Positions 26,870 to 39,983 of a stretch of 64,000 nt of DNA are shown here, piece by piece. Source of the DNA: Octopus bimaculoides (Eukaryota); NCBI RefSeq assembly GCF_001194135.2, contig NC_068992.1, forward strand, positions 57,658,097-57,722,096, given 5' to 3'. Made by a program: the position numbers and the translations under genes. Below the pieces are notes generated by a model. It made no database searches. It was not told the DNA's origin and saw only the letters and a program-made list of their open reading frames with translations. The stretch's first letter is position 1. Each line of letters starts with the position of its first letter.

Positions 26870-27870
26870 AGCTATGTACTGTGGGAGCACTGTCAGTTAT
26901 TTGCTGTGGGAACATTGATAGTTATCTATGGGAACACTGCCAGTTATATGCTGTGGGAACATTGCTGCTTATACACTGTGGGAACATTGAGACATAAATG
27001 CTGTGGGAACATAAACATTTATATACTCCAGGAACATTGAGTCATATGAAGTGCATATCATTACTAGCTGAATATTGTGGAAGCATTCCAAGGTGTATGC
27101 TGTGGGAACCATCACTGGTTTATGGGTTGTGGGAACATTTATTTATTTATTTATTTATGCGCCCTTTTAAAGCCTAACCAGGCTCATGGGCCCGGTTTCC
27201 CGGTTTCTATGGCATATGTGTTCCCCGCCAGCTGGACGGGACGCCAGTCCATCGCAGCTTTACTCAAGAGACAGGAAGAAAGAGTGAGAGAAAGTTGGGG
27301 CGAAGGAGTACAACAGGGGTCGCCACCACCCCCTGCCAGAGCCTCGTGGAGCTTTTAGGTGTTTTCACTTAATAAGCAAACACAACGCCCGGTCTGGGAA
27401 TCGAAACCGCGATCCTCCGACCGCAAGTCCGCTGCCCTNNNNNNNNNNTACTCAAGAGACAGGAAGAAAGAGTGAGAGAAAGTTGGGGCGAAGGAGTACA
27501 ACAGGGGTCGCCACCACCCCCTGCCAGAGCCTCGTGGAGCTTTTAGGTGTTTTCACTTAATAAGCAAACACAACGCCCGGTCTGGGAATCGAAACCGCGA
27601 TCCTCCGACCGCAAGTCCGCTGCCCTAACCACTGGGCCATTGCGCCTCCATTGTGGGAACATTGCTGATTACATATTGTGGGAGCATTGCTAATTATGTG
27701 CTGTAGGAATATGTAGTTATGTGCCATAGGAAATTGCCTGTTATATGTTGCAGGAACATTGCTAGGTGTATGCTGTAGAAACACTGACAGTAATTATATG
27801 CTGTGCAAATCAGAGCTAGTTATAAACTATAGGCTGTGGGAATATTGCCAATTATATGCTGTGGGAATAG
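26870..27870. repeat. Degenerate ~25-bp minisatellite (atgctgtgggaacattgccagttat-like), interrupted by a SINE
   Basis: More than ten tgtgggaacatt-like cores at 26870-27140 and 27651-27870. Confidence 0.8.
27140..27650 (-). mobile_element. tRNA-derived SINE (head H1, tail B) with (TAAA)n tail; internally duplicated across a 10-N gap
   Basis: H1 head, then GCGATGGACTGGCGTCCCGTCCAG...GAAACCGGG module; 13-bp TSD ttgtgggaacatt (27127-27139 / 27651-27663). Confidence 0.85.
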
Positions 27871-28026
27871 AATATAGGACAATGTTCACGATCTTTGATT
27901 CACTGGTTACCCTCACATTTAAAACCTGGTCTGAATGAATCTAACAGAGTGAACTCAATACAGGTGCTCAAGGGTCAAGAGGTGCTGGAAGAAAAAATAT
28001 AACAAACACATTGAATCCGTTCTAAC

Positions 28027-28127
28027 CTGTGCTGTCTTTCAGTAGAAAAACCAACCATTTCCATAGACTGCTTTAAACGGGCAAATTCATGCTCTTCATC
28101 GACACCATCAACAGTATAACAGTTACT
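28027..28127 (-). CDS. Myo9: Myosin-IX-like exon: SNCYTVDGVDEEHEFARLKQSMEMVGFSTERQH-R; 101 nt, phase 0 to 2
   Basis: EF.RL..SMEMVGF is typical of class IX myosins; ttgcag acceptor, AG|gttaga donor. Confidence 0.93.
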
Positions 28128-28656
28128 CTGCAACAACAAAAGAAAGAAAAAGACAATGAGATTATATGTGAATGAAGGAAACAACTAAGAACAAGAACAA
28201 CAAAATGGCATTGGTACAATTGGCTTTTATATACACAGATTTAGCATTTACCATTAGAAATACAAACAAGATTAGGAATGCTGAGCTGAAGAGGGATGTC
28301 CCCTGCATCCCTCTTCAGCTGAGCATTCCTAATCTTGCAGACTTGTGGGTACTGGTGCCATGTAAAAAGCACCTGTGCTGGTGCCACACAAAAGCACCCA
28401 AGCTGGTGTTACGTAAAAGCATCCTGTACACTTTGTAAAATGGTTGGTAGTAGGAAGGGCATCTGGCTGTAGAAACCATGTCAAAACAAACATGGAGCCC
28501 AGACAGCTCTCTGGCTTGCCAGCTCCTGTCAAACCGTCCAACCCATGCCAGCATGGAAAACGGATATCAAATGATGATGATGATGATGATGGTCATTACT
28601 TCAGGCATTTTAAAGGTGTTCGTAGATTTAAATAGGATTCATGTCTACAGAGACAC

Positions 28657-29105
28657 AGGTGTGGCTGTGTGGTTAGGAAGCCTGCTTGCCAGCCATGTGG
28701 TCTTGGATTCAATCCCACTGCATGGCACTTTGGTGCATGTGTTTCTGCGATAGCCCTCTGCTAACCAAGGCCTTGTACATGGATTTGATAAACGAAAACT
28801 GAAAGAAGCCCCTTCATGTATGTATGTGTCAATATCATGTGACAGTTGTAAAGAGCATTACCACCATATCAAATTGAGAGTGGATTTAGTAATGTGCCTG
28901 TGTTTGTACCCCCCCCCCCATCACTGCTTGACAATAGCTTTTGGTGTTTACATCCCCACAATTTAACAGTTCATCAAAAGAGACCGACAGAATAAGTACT
29001 AGGCTCAAAAAATAAGTCCTGGGGTCGATTTGTTCAACTAAAACCCTTCAAGGTGGTGTTCCAGCATGGCTGCAATAAAATGGCTGAAACATGTAAAAGA
29101 AAAAG
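28657..29105 (+). mobile_element. Microsatellite-core SINE, near full length
   Basis: Same family as 11841-12189, opposite strand. Confidence 0.78.
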
Positions 29106-30336
29106 AAAAAAAGAAAATGCTGTTATTTATAGCTTTATGCGTTTTGAGATCTACTTTTCCAAAACAAGAAACCTATTGCCATTTAAATCTCAGCACTTTT
29201 AGTTTCCTAATTAAAATAATCCAAAACAAATTTCATAATTTCAAACAAGTAGATGACAGACCCAACACTTAATAAAACATATCTATAAAAAAAAAATGGC
29301 TTTGAAATACATTGAAAATATGTTACGTGCTCTTCAGAAAGTCAACAGAGAAACATCTAAGGTTACTAGAATATGGCCAAGCGGAACTGATGTGGTGACA
29401 TAGATCAGCCAAGGCTGCTAACACTTCAAGAAGTATGGCTTATTACAAAACCTAAATGAATACAGCAGCAGTCAGTTTATAGTTTCTGCGTCAAGGTGGA
29501 ACTCAAATCTCAAATAAACCTCTTCAACTCTGGCAGACAGGAAGGCACAAATTCTGAAATCTTGACATATTTATTTATTTAAGAATATTACCGAGTTTCT
29601 TTGTGATATGATTCCTGAAATAGCAGCAGCCTTTATTATAAGCAGTATTTCTTACACATGTATGTGTAAGGGAGGGCTTAGCAGAATCATTAAACCAAAC
29701 TTAAATGTAGTATAATAGAGACTACATGTTTTTTTTTTTCTTTTAAGATTTCCATTACTAAAAGAACTTAAACTAACAAAATCAAAAGAGATTAGTTCCA
29801 GGTAATGCTTTTAGGAATTATATAAATTGACAGCATGGAATAATAAGCATCCATTTCTAAAACAGTGTTAAATCTTATTACTAATTAAATAATTAAATCA
29901 TAAAGAGAGGTTGTTCATATGTTTGACTAATTAAAACGTGAGTTTCATTAATTTCAATGTGTTCAACAACAGAAATAATTACTGTAGTGTAAAATGTGCA
30001 TTGATTAGGGGAACTATGTGGATTTAACTAGAGACATTTCTATCCAGTAAGCTAGTTACTACAGTGCCAGCAAGCAAGCAACTATGAAGCTTGATGAGAC
30101 AAACACTTGTAATTATCTCCCTTACTTGCTCAGCCAAACAATGGTATTAGTTAGCGCCTTAACCATTTAGCATTTAAACCGGTCATATCCAGCCAAAATT
30201 GTTCTACCTGTTTTACGGCTACACCTGGCCTCTCAGATCTACCCTACAACATCATTGTAAAAAATAACAATCACATCATTTCAGTCGTCTAAGGACCTTG
30301 TAATGAGTGAATGCTTAAAAAAAGAAAGAAAAAAAT

Positions 30337-30579
30337 GTGGTTGAGTACTCCGCAGACACGTATACTCTTAACGTAGTTCTCAGGGAGGTTCAGTGTGACA
30401 CAGAGTGTGACAAGGCTGGCCCTTTGAAACACAGATACCACTCATTTTTGCCAGCTGAATGGACTGGAGCAATGTGAAATAAAGTGACTTGCTTAAGGAC
30501 ATACTGCATCAACAGGAATTGAACTCCATGATCTTACAATCATGAGCCAAATACCCTGACCACTAAGCCACGCACCTTC
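30337..30579 (-). mobile_element. tRNA-derived SINE (head H2, tail A, 3'-truncated)
   Basis: H2 head joined to AAAGGGCCAGCCTTGTCACACTCTGTGTCAC...AACTACGTTAAG shared with H1-A copies. Confidence 0.75.
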
Positions 30580-31122
30580 ACTACATCATTAAGTAATAAG
30601 CAACTAACGAAGATAGCAAATGTGAAGAGGAGTCTATCATCAGCAGCACAGTGATGACTAGTGTTGATATGAAGCAGTGAAGGGTATGAGGAAAAAAAAA
30701 AAACCTGCTGCTGTTGTTGTTGTTGTTGTTGTTGCTTTTGTTGTTTAGCTCTTCATCAGATCTCAGCTAACAGATCTAAGATGAGAGATGTTCCCGTTAT
30801 GGTTCTCCCATTCTTTTCGAAACCATTGTATGCCTGAATCTAAGACTACAGTTTGCCGGTCTCTTTCCAAGAGGGGTTTCACTGACATTTCTACCACATC
30901 AAGAAGAACTCCTGTGGAGTTTTGGCATTATTATTATTGTGGTGCAAGACAAAATAGAGAATAATGTTTCTTCCAGGCAAGGACTTTTATTAGAAAGGAA
31001 AGAACTCCACCCAAACACCAGTAACTCAACCCTTATCACAACACTACTAATGAGTGTTTGTGTGTGTGTGTGTGTGTCTCACAATCTTCTTTTATTTATA
31101 TACGTCCAATAGTACAGGTTCA

Positions 31123-31165
<43 letters not shown>

Positions 31166-31844
31166 CCACTCTCTCATGCATATATGCCCTAGTCTGTAAC
31201 ATACAAATGCTAATATCAGGGCAATAGCAGAACCTGCTTCCAAAACAATAAAGAAAAAGAAATACTTGCTTTAGATGAACACACCATTAATTAATTGGTG
31301 CATAGTAATTATAGCCAAAGGAAGAAATAAGAATGAGGAAGATGTTAAGCAATTAATAGCAACAAAGACTAGCTGCTAATTTAGCATAGCTCTCAGAGTG
31401 ACTTAATAACTAATTATCTTATCCTAATTGCTTAGGTAAGTTATAATGTCGTACTAACTTGCTTCTGACTAACAGTACTAATAAGAGTAATTGCAGGTAG
31501 AGGTAGAAAATGTAGCTCGTAATGCCACTCCTGAAAATGGCATAGTTAGAAAGCAGGGTTACCGACATTCCATAGACATGGTAGTCTGATTAATAACAAA
31601 CTATGTCTGCAGTAAAGGAAGTGATATAAACAGTATTATCTTCTAGAAATGCCAACTTTTGGAGTGTGGGAGGCTTTGTGAGATAAACTCTTCTTCTTTG
31701 GATGTTTGATATCAGTCAAGCTCTCCAGAAATTCAAATTATGTCAGTAGGGTCTCTTCTCTCTCTTCTGATATCACAAACACTGTGAGTGGTCCCTTGTG
31801 ACACTCCGAAGGAGAGAGAGAGAGAGAGAGAGAGAGAGGGGGAG

Positions 31845-31891
<47 letters not shown>

Positions 31892-32120
31892 GAAATCAGC
31901 AACAGTGCTGCTTTATTTATTTATCAACCCCTGCACCCCAGCTTCACCCATCCCATCCCACCCCACATGCCAACAAAAAAAAAAAGGATGGAGGGCAAAG
32001 TTGACTCCAGTGGGATTTGAACTCAGAACTCAGGGAAACCAGAGACCCAGAAAGAATAACACAAGACATTCTATCCAATGCTTTAATGATTCTGACAACA
32101 ACAACAGCAACAACAACAAT

Positions 32121-32712
32121 ATGCGATCACCATGTCAGGCACATTTGGTTGTGATGCATGCGCCTAGTGTACCCTTATTATATGCCCTAATGCAGTACCA
32201 GGCTCTCATGGCTTCTAATCTTAACTGATTGGAAGTGTTATCATGTTTTGTCCTGGTGTAAAAAATGGGCTACAGCAAATATTCTGCTCACTACCACAGA
32301 TTTACTTGTCAGATGTTTGACCTTAACCAGTTGAGCATCTCCGCTGGTCGCTGATCATAAAAAAAGAAGTAGTGGGGGGGAGCATCATAGCCACGTGCCG
32401 AGAGGAATTTCTTTGGAGTTTGAATAATTCACCTCTGGAAACATGGATGTTTCATTCAACATCCTTAAACAACCCTTATTCAAGGACTATTTGAGCAGGA
32501 TGGGCTACTCAACCTGAAGAAAACTCTAACTGGGCCCCGCTTTCAAGGTCATGCACTGTTTATCTTGATATGAGATCACCATGCCGCACATATTTGGTTG
32601 TGATGCATGTGCCTGATGTACCCGTATCGGATGGGTAGTCATGATGGGTATACTGGGCTTCGTATATTTTACTCCAGTGTCACTTTGATGGCATGCACTG
32701 CTCTCTCACTCA
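32121..32712. mobile_element. Unclassified ~550-bp interspersed repeat, copy 2, preceded by an extra copy of an internal segment
   Basis: Colinear with 12549-13100; 32121-32180 resembles 32570-32628. Confidence 0.8.
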
Positions 32713-32715
32713 ATG

Positions 32716-32773
<58 letters not shown>

Positions 32774-33099
32774 TAATAATAATTGAGAAATAACAACTGG
32801 GTTAAATGTCTGAATATCTGAGTGAGTTAACTGTTGATAATTATAATATTTCAGACTAATTAATCTCATTTGTTAGAGATAAAGCTCTTACAATTTCAAT
32901 CAGCTGATCTGTGTATTTTTATAAGAAGAAATTTGGCTGCTTTGTAAGCATGGTTTAAAATAATGGTATCTTTCCATGGCAGAAGCCTAATTATTTTTAG
33001 AAGAGAGAATGAAAGAACCTGTAGGTTGACTTCCACATTAATAGAACTACCATAAGGTGCAGTCCTTACCACGGTGTGCAGTACAAGTCCTTATCATGC

Positions 33100-33372
33100 C
33101 TGTGCAGTACAAAGTCCTAGTAGGGTTCCCCCACCACCTTGTGCTGGACAGGTCAAAGGATAGAGGCCAGATTATTATGAACCACTTCTTTACAGAGTTA
33201 AAAGTGGGTTTGTGTAGGGTCAACACACCTATCTAGAAAAAAAGATAGCATCAAAGAAAACTGAAAATCCACACAACTTGGGAGAGGAAAGCCTTCCTTC
33301 AGGAAGATAGAATACTGATGAAGAGCTGAAAAAGCAGGGATCCAACAGGAGAGAAACAAGAAAGAGAGCCCA
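33100..33372 (+). mobile_element. Short bipartite RTE-derived element
   Basis: gctggacaggtcaaaggatagaggccag module followed by gaaaaagcagggatccaac module shared with the 58255 copy. Confidence 0.55.
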
Positions 33373-34026
33373 CTTCTATGGATGAGGGTAAGAAGATTTT
33401 AAAATGACATCAGAATAAATGACTAGATAAGTTAACGAAAAGACTCATTATAAAAAGCTAACACTAATATGGACAAAACAGACAAGAAACACATAGATGA
33501 TAAATGGTTACGCTCTAAGAATTAATAACATTATTTTGAGAACAAGCTTAGTATTCTTATTAAATTAAGAAATATATATTGGAACAATATTTACATTTAG
33601 AATTTGTTTTCATATAAGCGAAGACTAAATAACCTTGGATTACACTCAAGTTGAGCAACTGTTTAAGACATTCATGGTGGATGAGTGGGAAAAGAAAATG
33701 ACCCAGATAGATTTATCTATCTATCTATCTAGTTATATATATACATATCCACACAAATGTATATCGTTACACTACTGATGCAAATGAAAAAAGAGACACA
33801 TAATTGATAGATTTAAAAGACAGTATAGATGTTTACTCAAAGTTGCCATTAGCAAAACTCTGTATTCCATATCATAGACAAACACTAAGAACCCAATTAT
33901 TAGACTTACCTAACAACAACACAACAACAACAACAACGACGACAACAACAGTTATAAATGAAGGGAAAAAAATAAACATTGATTTATTCTTTGAGGAGAA
34001 ATTCGTAAAAGAAAAACTAGTATAAA

Positions 34027-34123
34027 AGACTTATTCTGTCGGTCTCTCTTGGCGAACTGCCAAGTTACAGGGATGTAAACACACTAAAACTGGCTGTCAA
34101 GAAGTGATGAGGGACAAGCACAA

Positions 34124-34169
<46 letters not shown>

Positions 34170-34545
34170 GTGTGTATGTGTGTCATCATCGTTGCTGATG
34201 CTGGCATGGGTTGGACAGTTTGACCAGGGCTGGCCAGCTGGAAGGCTGCACCAGGCTCCAGGCTGATTTGGCAGGGTTTCTATGGCCGGATGCCCTTCCT
34301 AACACCAACCACTCCACGAGTGCTTTTATGTGCCACCAGCACGGGTGCCATTTGCATGACACCAGTATCTGCCATGACTGCGATTTTGCTTGACTTGACG
34401 AGTCTTCTTCTCAAGCATGACATCATATATATATATATATATATGGTGGGCTTCTTTTAGTTTCCATCTGCTAAATCCACTTACAAGGCTTTGGTTGGCC
34501 TGAGGCTATCGAAGAAGACACTTGCCCAAGGTGGCAACACATGAG
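34027..34545 (-). mobile_element. Microsatellite-core SINE with a (GAT)n-tailed SINE (34182-34425) nested in its internal microsatellite
   Basis: 3' half at 34027-34110, (CA)(TA) core, insert, then the 5' half from 34447. Confidence 0.7.
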
Positions 34546-35200
34546 AATGCAGTTGGAACATGTAATGACAGTCACTTCTGATAGGAGCTTATGGAGGAGG
34601 TACCTGAGGACTCAGAAGAGACAGATGGTAGAGAAAATGGATGGATGGATGGATGGACGGATAGATGGAACTATGATGGTGGTAGTGGTGGTGGTGGTGG
34701 TGGTGGACCCTCCAATGGTTTAGACATTGAATATTGCAATTCTTCAGTCAAAGATGGGCTTCTCTCAGTTTCCATCAACTAAACCCACTCCCAAGGCTTT
34801 GGTCAGCCCAGGGCTATTGTAGAAGACAATGGCTCATGGTACCATGCAGTGGGACTGAAAAAGGAACCATGTGGTTGGAAAGTACAGAGTGTTTGATATT
34901 GCTTGAAATCTATACAGCAGAACTCACAGAGTGTCAGACAAAATTATTTTACGGTATTCAGTCCTGTCACTTCTGACTCTGAGTTCAATCCTCAATGCAG
35001 TTGACCTTCCCTTTTATCCTGCTGGGGTCTATTACACAAGTAAAAATCATTTTAATTAACTGTTCCCAAACCAAAATTTGTGGTCATGTGTATTGTGTTT
35101 AAGTCAGTTGGTAATCTTGGGAGTAAAAGAAAATGGTAGTAAAGAGGAAGAATGATTGGTTTAGAAACAATGTAATTTTGCCTGAAGGTGGTAATGTTAC

Positions 35201-35300
35201 CTGAGAAAGGTAATGATACTCCGTGGCATCGTGTAAATGAAGAAAACTTCGTTCCTCTGCAGAGGCTCCTTTCAGAAGATAATAAAAGACATGGTAATTC
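35201..35300 (-). CDS. Myo9: Myosin-IX-like exon: (R)NYHVFYYLLKGASAEERSFLHLHDATEYHYLSQ; 100 nt, phase 2 to 0
   Basis: ERNYHVFY motif; ctttcag acceptor, CAG|gtaaca donor; visible inside track ORF 35099..35359. Confidence 0.95.
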
Positions 35301-35620
35301 CTGAAAGCAAGAAATAAAAAACACACAAAATTAATTGAACATCCAATTGGAAATAACAACTGACATATCTATGTATCTATCTATCAAGTCATGTATCTCT
35401 ACTTATCTACTTAAATATCTCTCTATCTACATATATTTCTATCTACTACCTGCCTATTTCATCAAAGCTGTAAACATTGCACTCCATGTTTGAAGCTCTG
35501 ATGAAGCTACAGGCTGATACACAAGCATTCAACTACAAGTGCATTACACCGTATAGCAGAAACAGCTATTAGCTAATGAATTTCACAACATAATTTCTTA
35601 TTCTTTTCTCATTTTAATTT

Positions 35621-35658
<38 letters not shown>

Positions 35659-37250
35659 AAATTATATATATTACAAATATATATACAACAACAATCAGTA
35701 CTATGGAGAAAAAGGATAATATAGAAAGCTTCTAACAATNNNNNNNNNNNNNNNNNNNNNNNNNNNNNNNNNNNNNNNNNNNNNNNNNNNNNNNNNNNNN
35801 NNNNNNNNNNNNNNNNNNNNNNNNNNNNNNNNNNNNNNNNNNNNNNNNNNNNNNNNNNNNNNNNNNNNNNNNNNNNNNNNNNNNNNNNNNNNNNNNNNNN
35901 NNNNNNNNNNNNNNNNNNNNNNNNNNNNNNNNNNNNNNNNNNNNNNNNNNNNNNNNNNNNNNNNNNNNNNNNNNNNNNNNNNNNNNNNNNNNNNNNNNNN
36001 NNNNNNNNNNNNNNNNNNNNNNNNNNNNNNNNNNNNNNNNNNNNNNNNNNNNNNNNNNNNNNNNNNNNNNNNNNNNNNNNNNNNNNNNNNNNNNNNNNNN
36101 NNNNNNNNNNNNNNNNNNNNNNNNNNNNNNNNNNNNNNNNNNNNNNNNNNNNNNNNNNNNNNNNNNNTAGTACTCAACTGGTACTTATTTTATCAATCCC
36201 GAAAGGATGAAAGGCAAGGTCAACCTCAGCGGAGTTTGTGGTGCTTGGATGTGGTCACTCAAACTGCTAGAAATGGCAACCAAACTTCCTTCAAGTTCTA
36301 ACCTACCAATCTAAAAGAAGTAAAAAAAAAAAACAAAAAAAAAACAGGTTGTTCTGTTTGGAATGCTTTTAACCATAAGTTTGCTCCATTACATTGAACC
36401 TGGGGCTAAAACAACAACAACAACATCAACAACAATCACACATAGACAGGAATATAGAACTTTCTGGACCAAAATAATTGACTGAGACATCTTCCTTCCC
36501 ATGTTTCACATTAGCAAAAAAAAACCAGGTGAAGTGTGAAAAACAATCTTGAAATGGAGTGGCTGAAATTATGCCGTCTAAATAAATAATGTTGGCTATT
36601 TAAATAGATTAGGATATTTATGGAAGATATTTATCAGACGAGACCGACAGCCAAGCATAGATGCAACATGATAACGAAAGAAATTATCAAAAGTTCTTTT
36701 TGTTTTTGTGGAGAATTTTTGCTTTCCTTCTTTTTTGTTTTTTCTAAAATACCAGTTGATATCACCGAGAATAAAAATAAAATGTTCTTGCATGCTGAGT
36801 GTAGAAATGGCTTATATTAATATCTTATAACTATATCTGGATGAGACACCCTAGAAAACTTCCAATTCATGGCCACTGATGACGGAGCCTCTATATGGTC
36901 ATTCAAACTGCTAAAAATAGCAGCCAAATCACACACTACTGTCACTAAGCATATATATATGTCACACATACATACATACATACACACACACATACATACA
37001 CACACACACATACATACATGTGTGTGTGTACATACATACAATGGGCTTCATTCAGTTTCCGTCTACCAAATCCACTCACAAGGCTTTGGTCGGTCCAAGG
37101 CTATAGCAGAAGACACTCACCCAAGGTGCCATGCAGCGGAACTGAACCCGGAACCATGTGGTTGAGAAGAAAGCTTCTTACTACAGAGCCACACTTGCAC
37201 CTANNNNNNNNNNATATATAGATATTGATATAGATGTATATATCTATATA

Positions 37251-37305
<55 letters not shown>

Positions 37306-38849
37306 ATATATCTATATATGTGTGTGTATATATATATATATGTATATACACACACACACACACACACATACACATATATACATCTACAACTACATTGGAT
37401 AGTATAGTCCTTGATTGCCCTATAACTAAAAATGCCTCTTGATGGCCATATCTGGAATACTTAGAGTCATGTCTGCTGGATCAGGACCACCATGGGGCGG
37501 AATAACGACAATGACAGTGGCAGCAACAGCAGCAATGACGATGATGATGACAATGATGCCACTGCCACCAGCACAATCATTATCATCATCATCATCATCA
37601 TCCACTTCATAGAATAACTCTAGTCCTTCATTACACTAAGACCGAAAATACAGGACGATGGTCACATGACTGCTGGATCAGGACTCACATGGGACTGAAC
37701 AGCAATGACGATGACACAAGGCCTGCATGTATAGCTAAAATATGAGGGTGTTTGTGTTTGTCCCCACCTCCAACGCCTGACAACTGGATTAGTTTATTCT
37801 GTTATTCTATTATTCTTTTACTTGTTTCAGTCATTTGACTGTAGCCATGCTGGAGCACCGCCTTTAGCGTGGCCACAGTCCCATAACCAAAACAAGTAAA
37901 ACATAAAAGACAAACACTTGAAAGGGAGACAGTCACAGGTAAAACAACTTCCCAAACTATTTAACAAGTTTTAAGCTAAGCATTTCACAATCACCAGCGC
38001 CACCGGCCTGCACACATCCTTAAATATCACCACGGCAACGAGAGCAACACAACAGGGAAAGAGTTGCAGAGTAAATCAAGCAAATGTAAACAAACCAGGG
38101 GAGTCGGAAGGGAGAGGGAAGAAGGCCCCAACCAACATGTGACAGGTACCGCAATGTCAACAGCAGAAGGCTGCAGTTTAGAAAGCTCAAACAGCCAGCC
38201 AAACGGCCACTGGAGTTAGTTCCATATTAAGAATCTTAGATCAACAGAAACTACCTTTGCCATCTGATGACATAAGCATTCCACCGCTGCCACTCAAGCC
38301 ACTCTCATAACAGTATAAACAAGTTGCAACTGTACAATTTGGTCACATACATGCACATACACACACGCGCGCATACACACACACGCATGCATGCACAAAG
38401 TGAAGCCTACATTATAAAGCAGATGACAGATCTCTCAGTAAGTAATTACTCAACATTACATCTAACTAAAGGTGATGGTGGTGGTCACTGGAGCGGTGGT
38501 TGTGGGGAGGTTGCAGTGGTGATTGAGACGGTGGTATTAGCGATGATGGTTGACATGATGGTGGTGGTGGTGGTGGCGGTGGTTGTGAGGGTGGTGATGG
38601 CAGGTGTTTTCTACGACAGTCTCACGACAACCAATACTTTGCGAATCAATTTGTTAGCTGGAAACTGTGTTGAAGCCCATATCATACACACACACAATGT
38701 CTAGGTGTATGTGCTTTTATGCCTGTGTTTGTCTCACACACACACACACACACACACACACTGATTGACAACCAATGTTGGTTTATTTACATCTCCATAA
38801 TGAAGCATTGCAGCAAAAGAGAACAACAGACTAAATGCCCAACTTAATA

Positions 38850-39251
38850 TGTTGTTGTTGTTGTTGTTGTTGTTGGCACTCCGTCGCTTACGACGTCCAG
38901 GGTTCCAGTTGATCCGATCAACGGAACAGCCTGCTCATGAAATTAATGTGCAAGTGGCTGAGCACTCCACAGACACGTGTACCCTTAACGTAGTTCTCGG
39001 GGATATTCAGCGGGACACAGAGTGACAAGGCTGGCCCTTTGAATTACAGGCACAACAGAAACAGGAAGTAAGAGTGAGAGAAAGTTGTGGTGGAAGAGTA
39101 CAGCAGGGTTCGCCACCATCCCCTGCCGGAGCCTCGTGGAGCTTTAGGTGTTTTCGCACAATAAACACTTACAACACCCGGTCTGGAAATCGAAACCACG
39201 ACCCTATGACCGCGAGTCCGCTGCCCTAACCACTGGGCCATTGCGCCTCCA
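38850..39251 (-). mobile_element. tRNA-derived SINE (H1, tail A), full length
   Basis: Highly similar to 26445-26826; (CAA)n tail; 12-bp TSD cccaacttaata (38838-38849 / 39252-39263). Confidence 0.9.
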
Positions 39252-39371
39252 CCCAACTTAATAACAAAGAGCATAAATAGTGAGGTTGATTTGTTTCATA
39301 AACCCCTTCTAAGCCATGCTCCACCATGGCCACAGTCCATGTGCTAACAATTCTGTCAGATCACCACCTTA

Positions 39372-39399
<28 letters not shown>

Positions 39400-39405
<6 letters not shown>

Positions 39406-39647
39406 GTTTCAGATTTTAGCACAAGGCCAGCAAGCTCGAGGGAGGGAGTAAATCAATTACATCAACCCAAGTGCTCAACTGGTTCTTATTTTATTGACCC
39501 CGAAAGGATGAAAGGCAAAGTCAACCTCAGAGGTCAACTTTGCCTTTCATCCTTTTGGGGTCAATAAATTAAGTACCAGTTGAGTACTGAACTTGATCTA
39601 ATCGACTGGCCCCTTCCCACAAAATTTCAGGCCTTGAGCCTATAATA

Positions 39648-39720
<73 letters not shown>

Positions 39721-39931
39721 CCTTTCTACTATAGCGGCAAGGCCTGAAATTCTGCGGGATGGGACTAGACAATTACATTGACCCCAGTGCTCAACTGGTA
39801 CTTAATTTATTGGCCTTGAAAGGATGAAAGGCAAAGTTAACCTCACCAGAATTTGAACCCAGAACGTAAAGGTGGCAAAATATCGGCAAGCATTTTACCC
39901 AGCATGCTAATGATTTCGCCAGCTTGCTGCC

Positions 39932-39935
<4 letters not shown>
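39400..39935. mobile_element. Three adjacent copies of the same SINE in alternating orientation
   Basis: Copy 1 (39400-39528) fused to inverted copy 2 (39531-39645), then (TAG)n, then copy 3 (39720-39935). Confidence 0.8.

Positions 39936-39983
<48 letters not shown>

Noticed and set aside
27250-27650. Apparent tandem duplication of ~190 nt of SINE around a 10-N gap (similarly 59108-59169 vs 59478-59530)
   Set aside because: Identical sequence either side of a gap is a typical unmerged contig overlap, so probably an assembly artefact
26870-27870. CRISPR-like periodicity of tgtgggaacatt units (also the 18-bp and 13-bp arrays)
   Set aside because: Degenerate head-to-tail units without unique spacers of constant length; eukaryotic context with no cas genes
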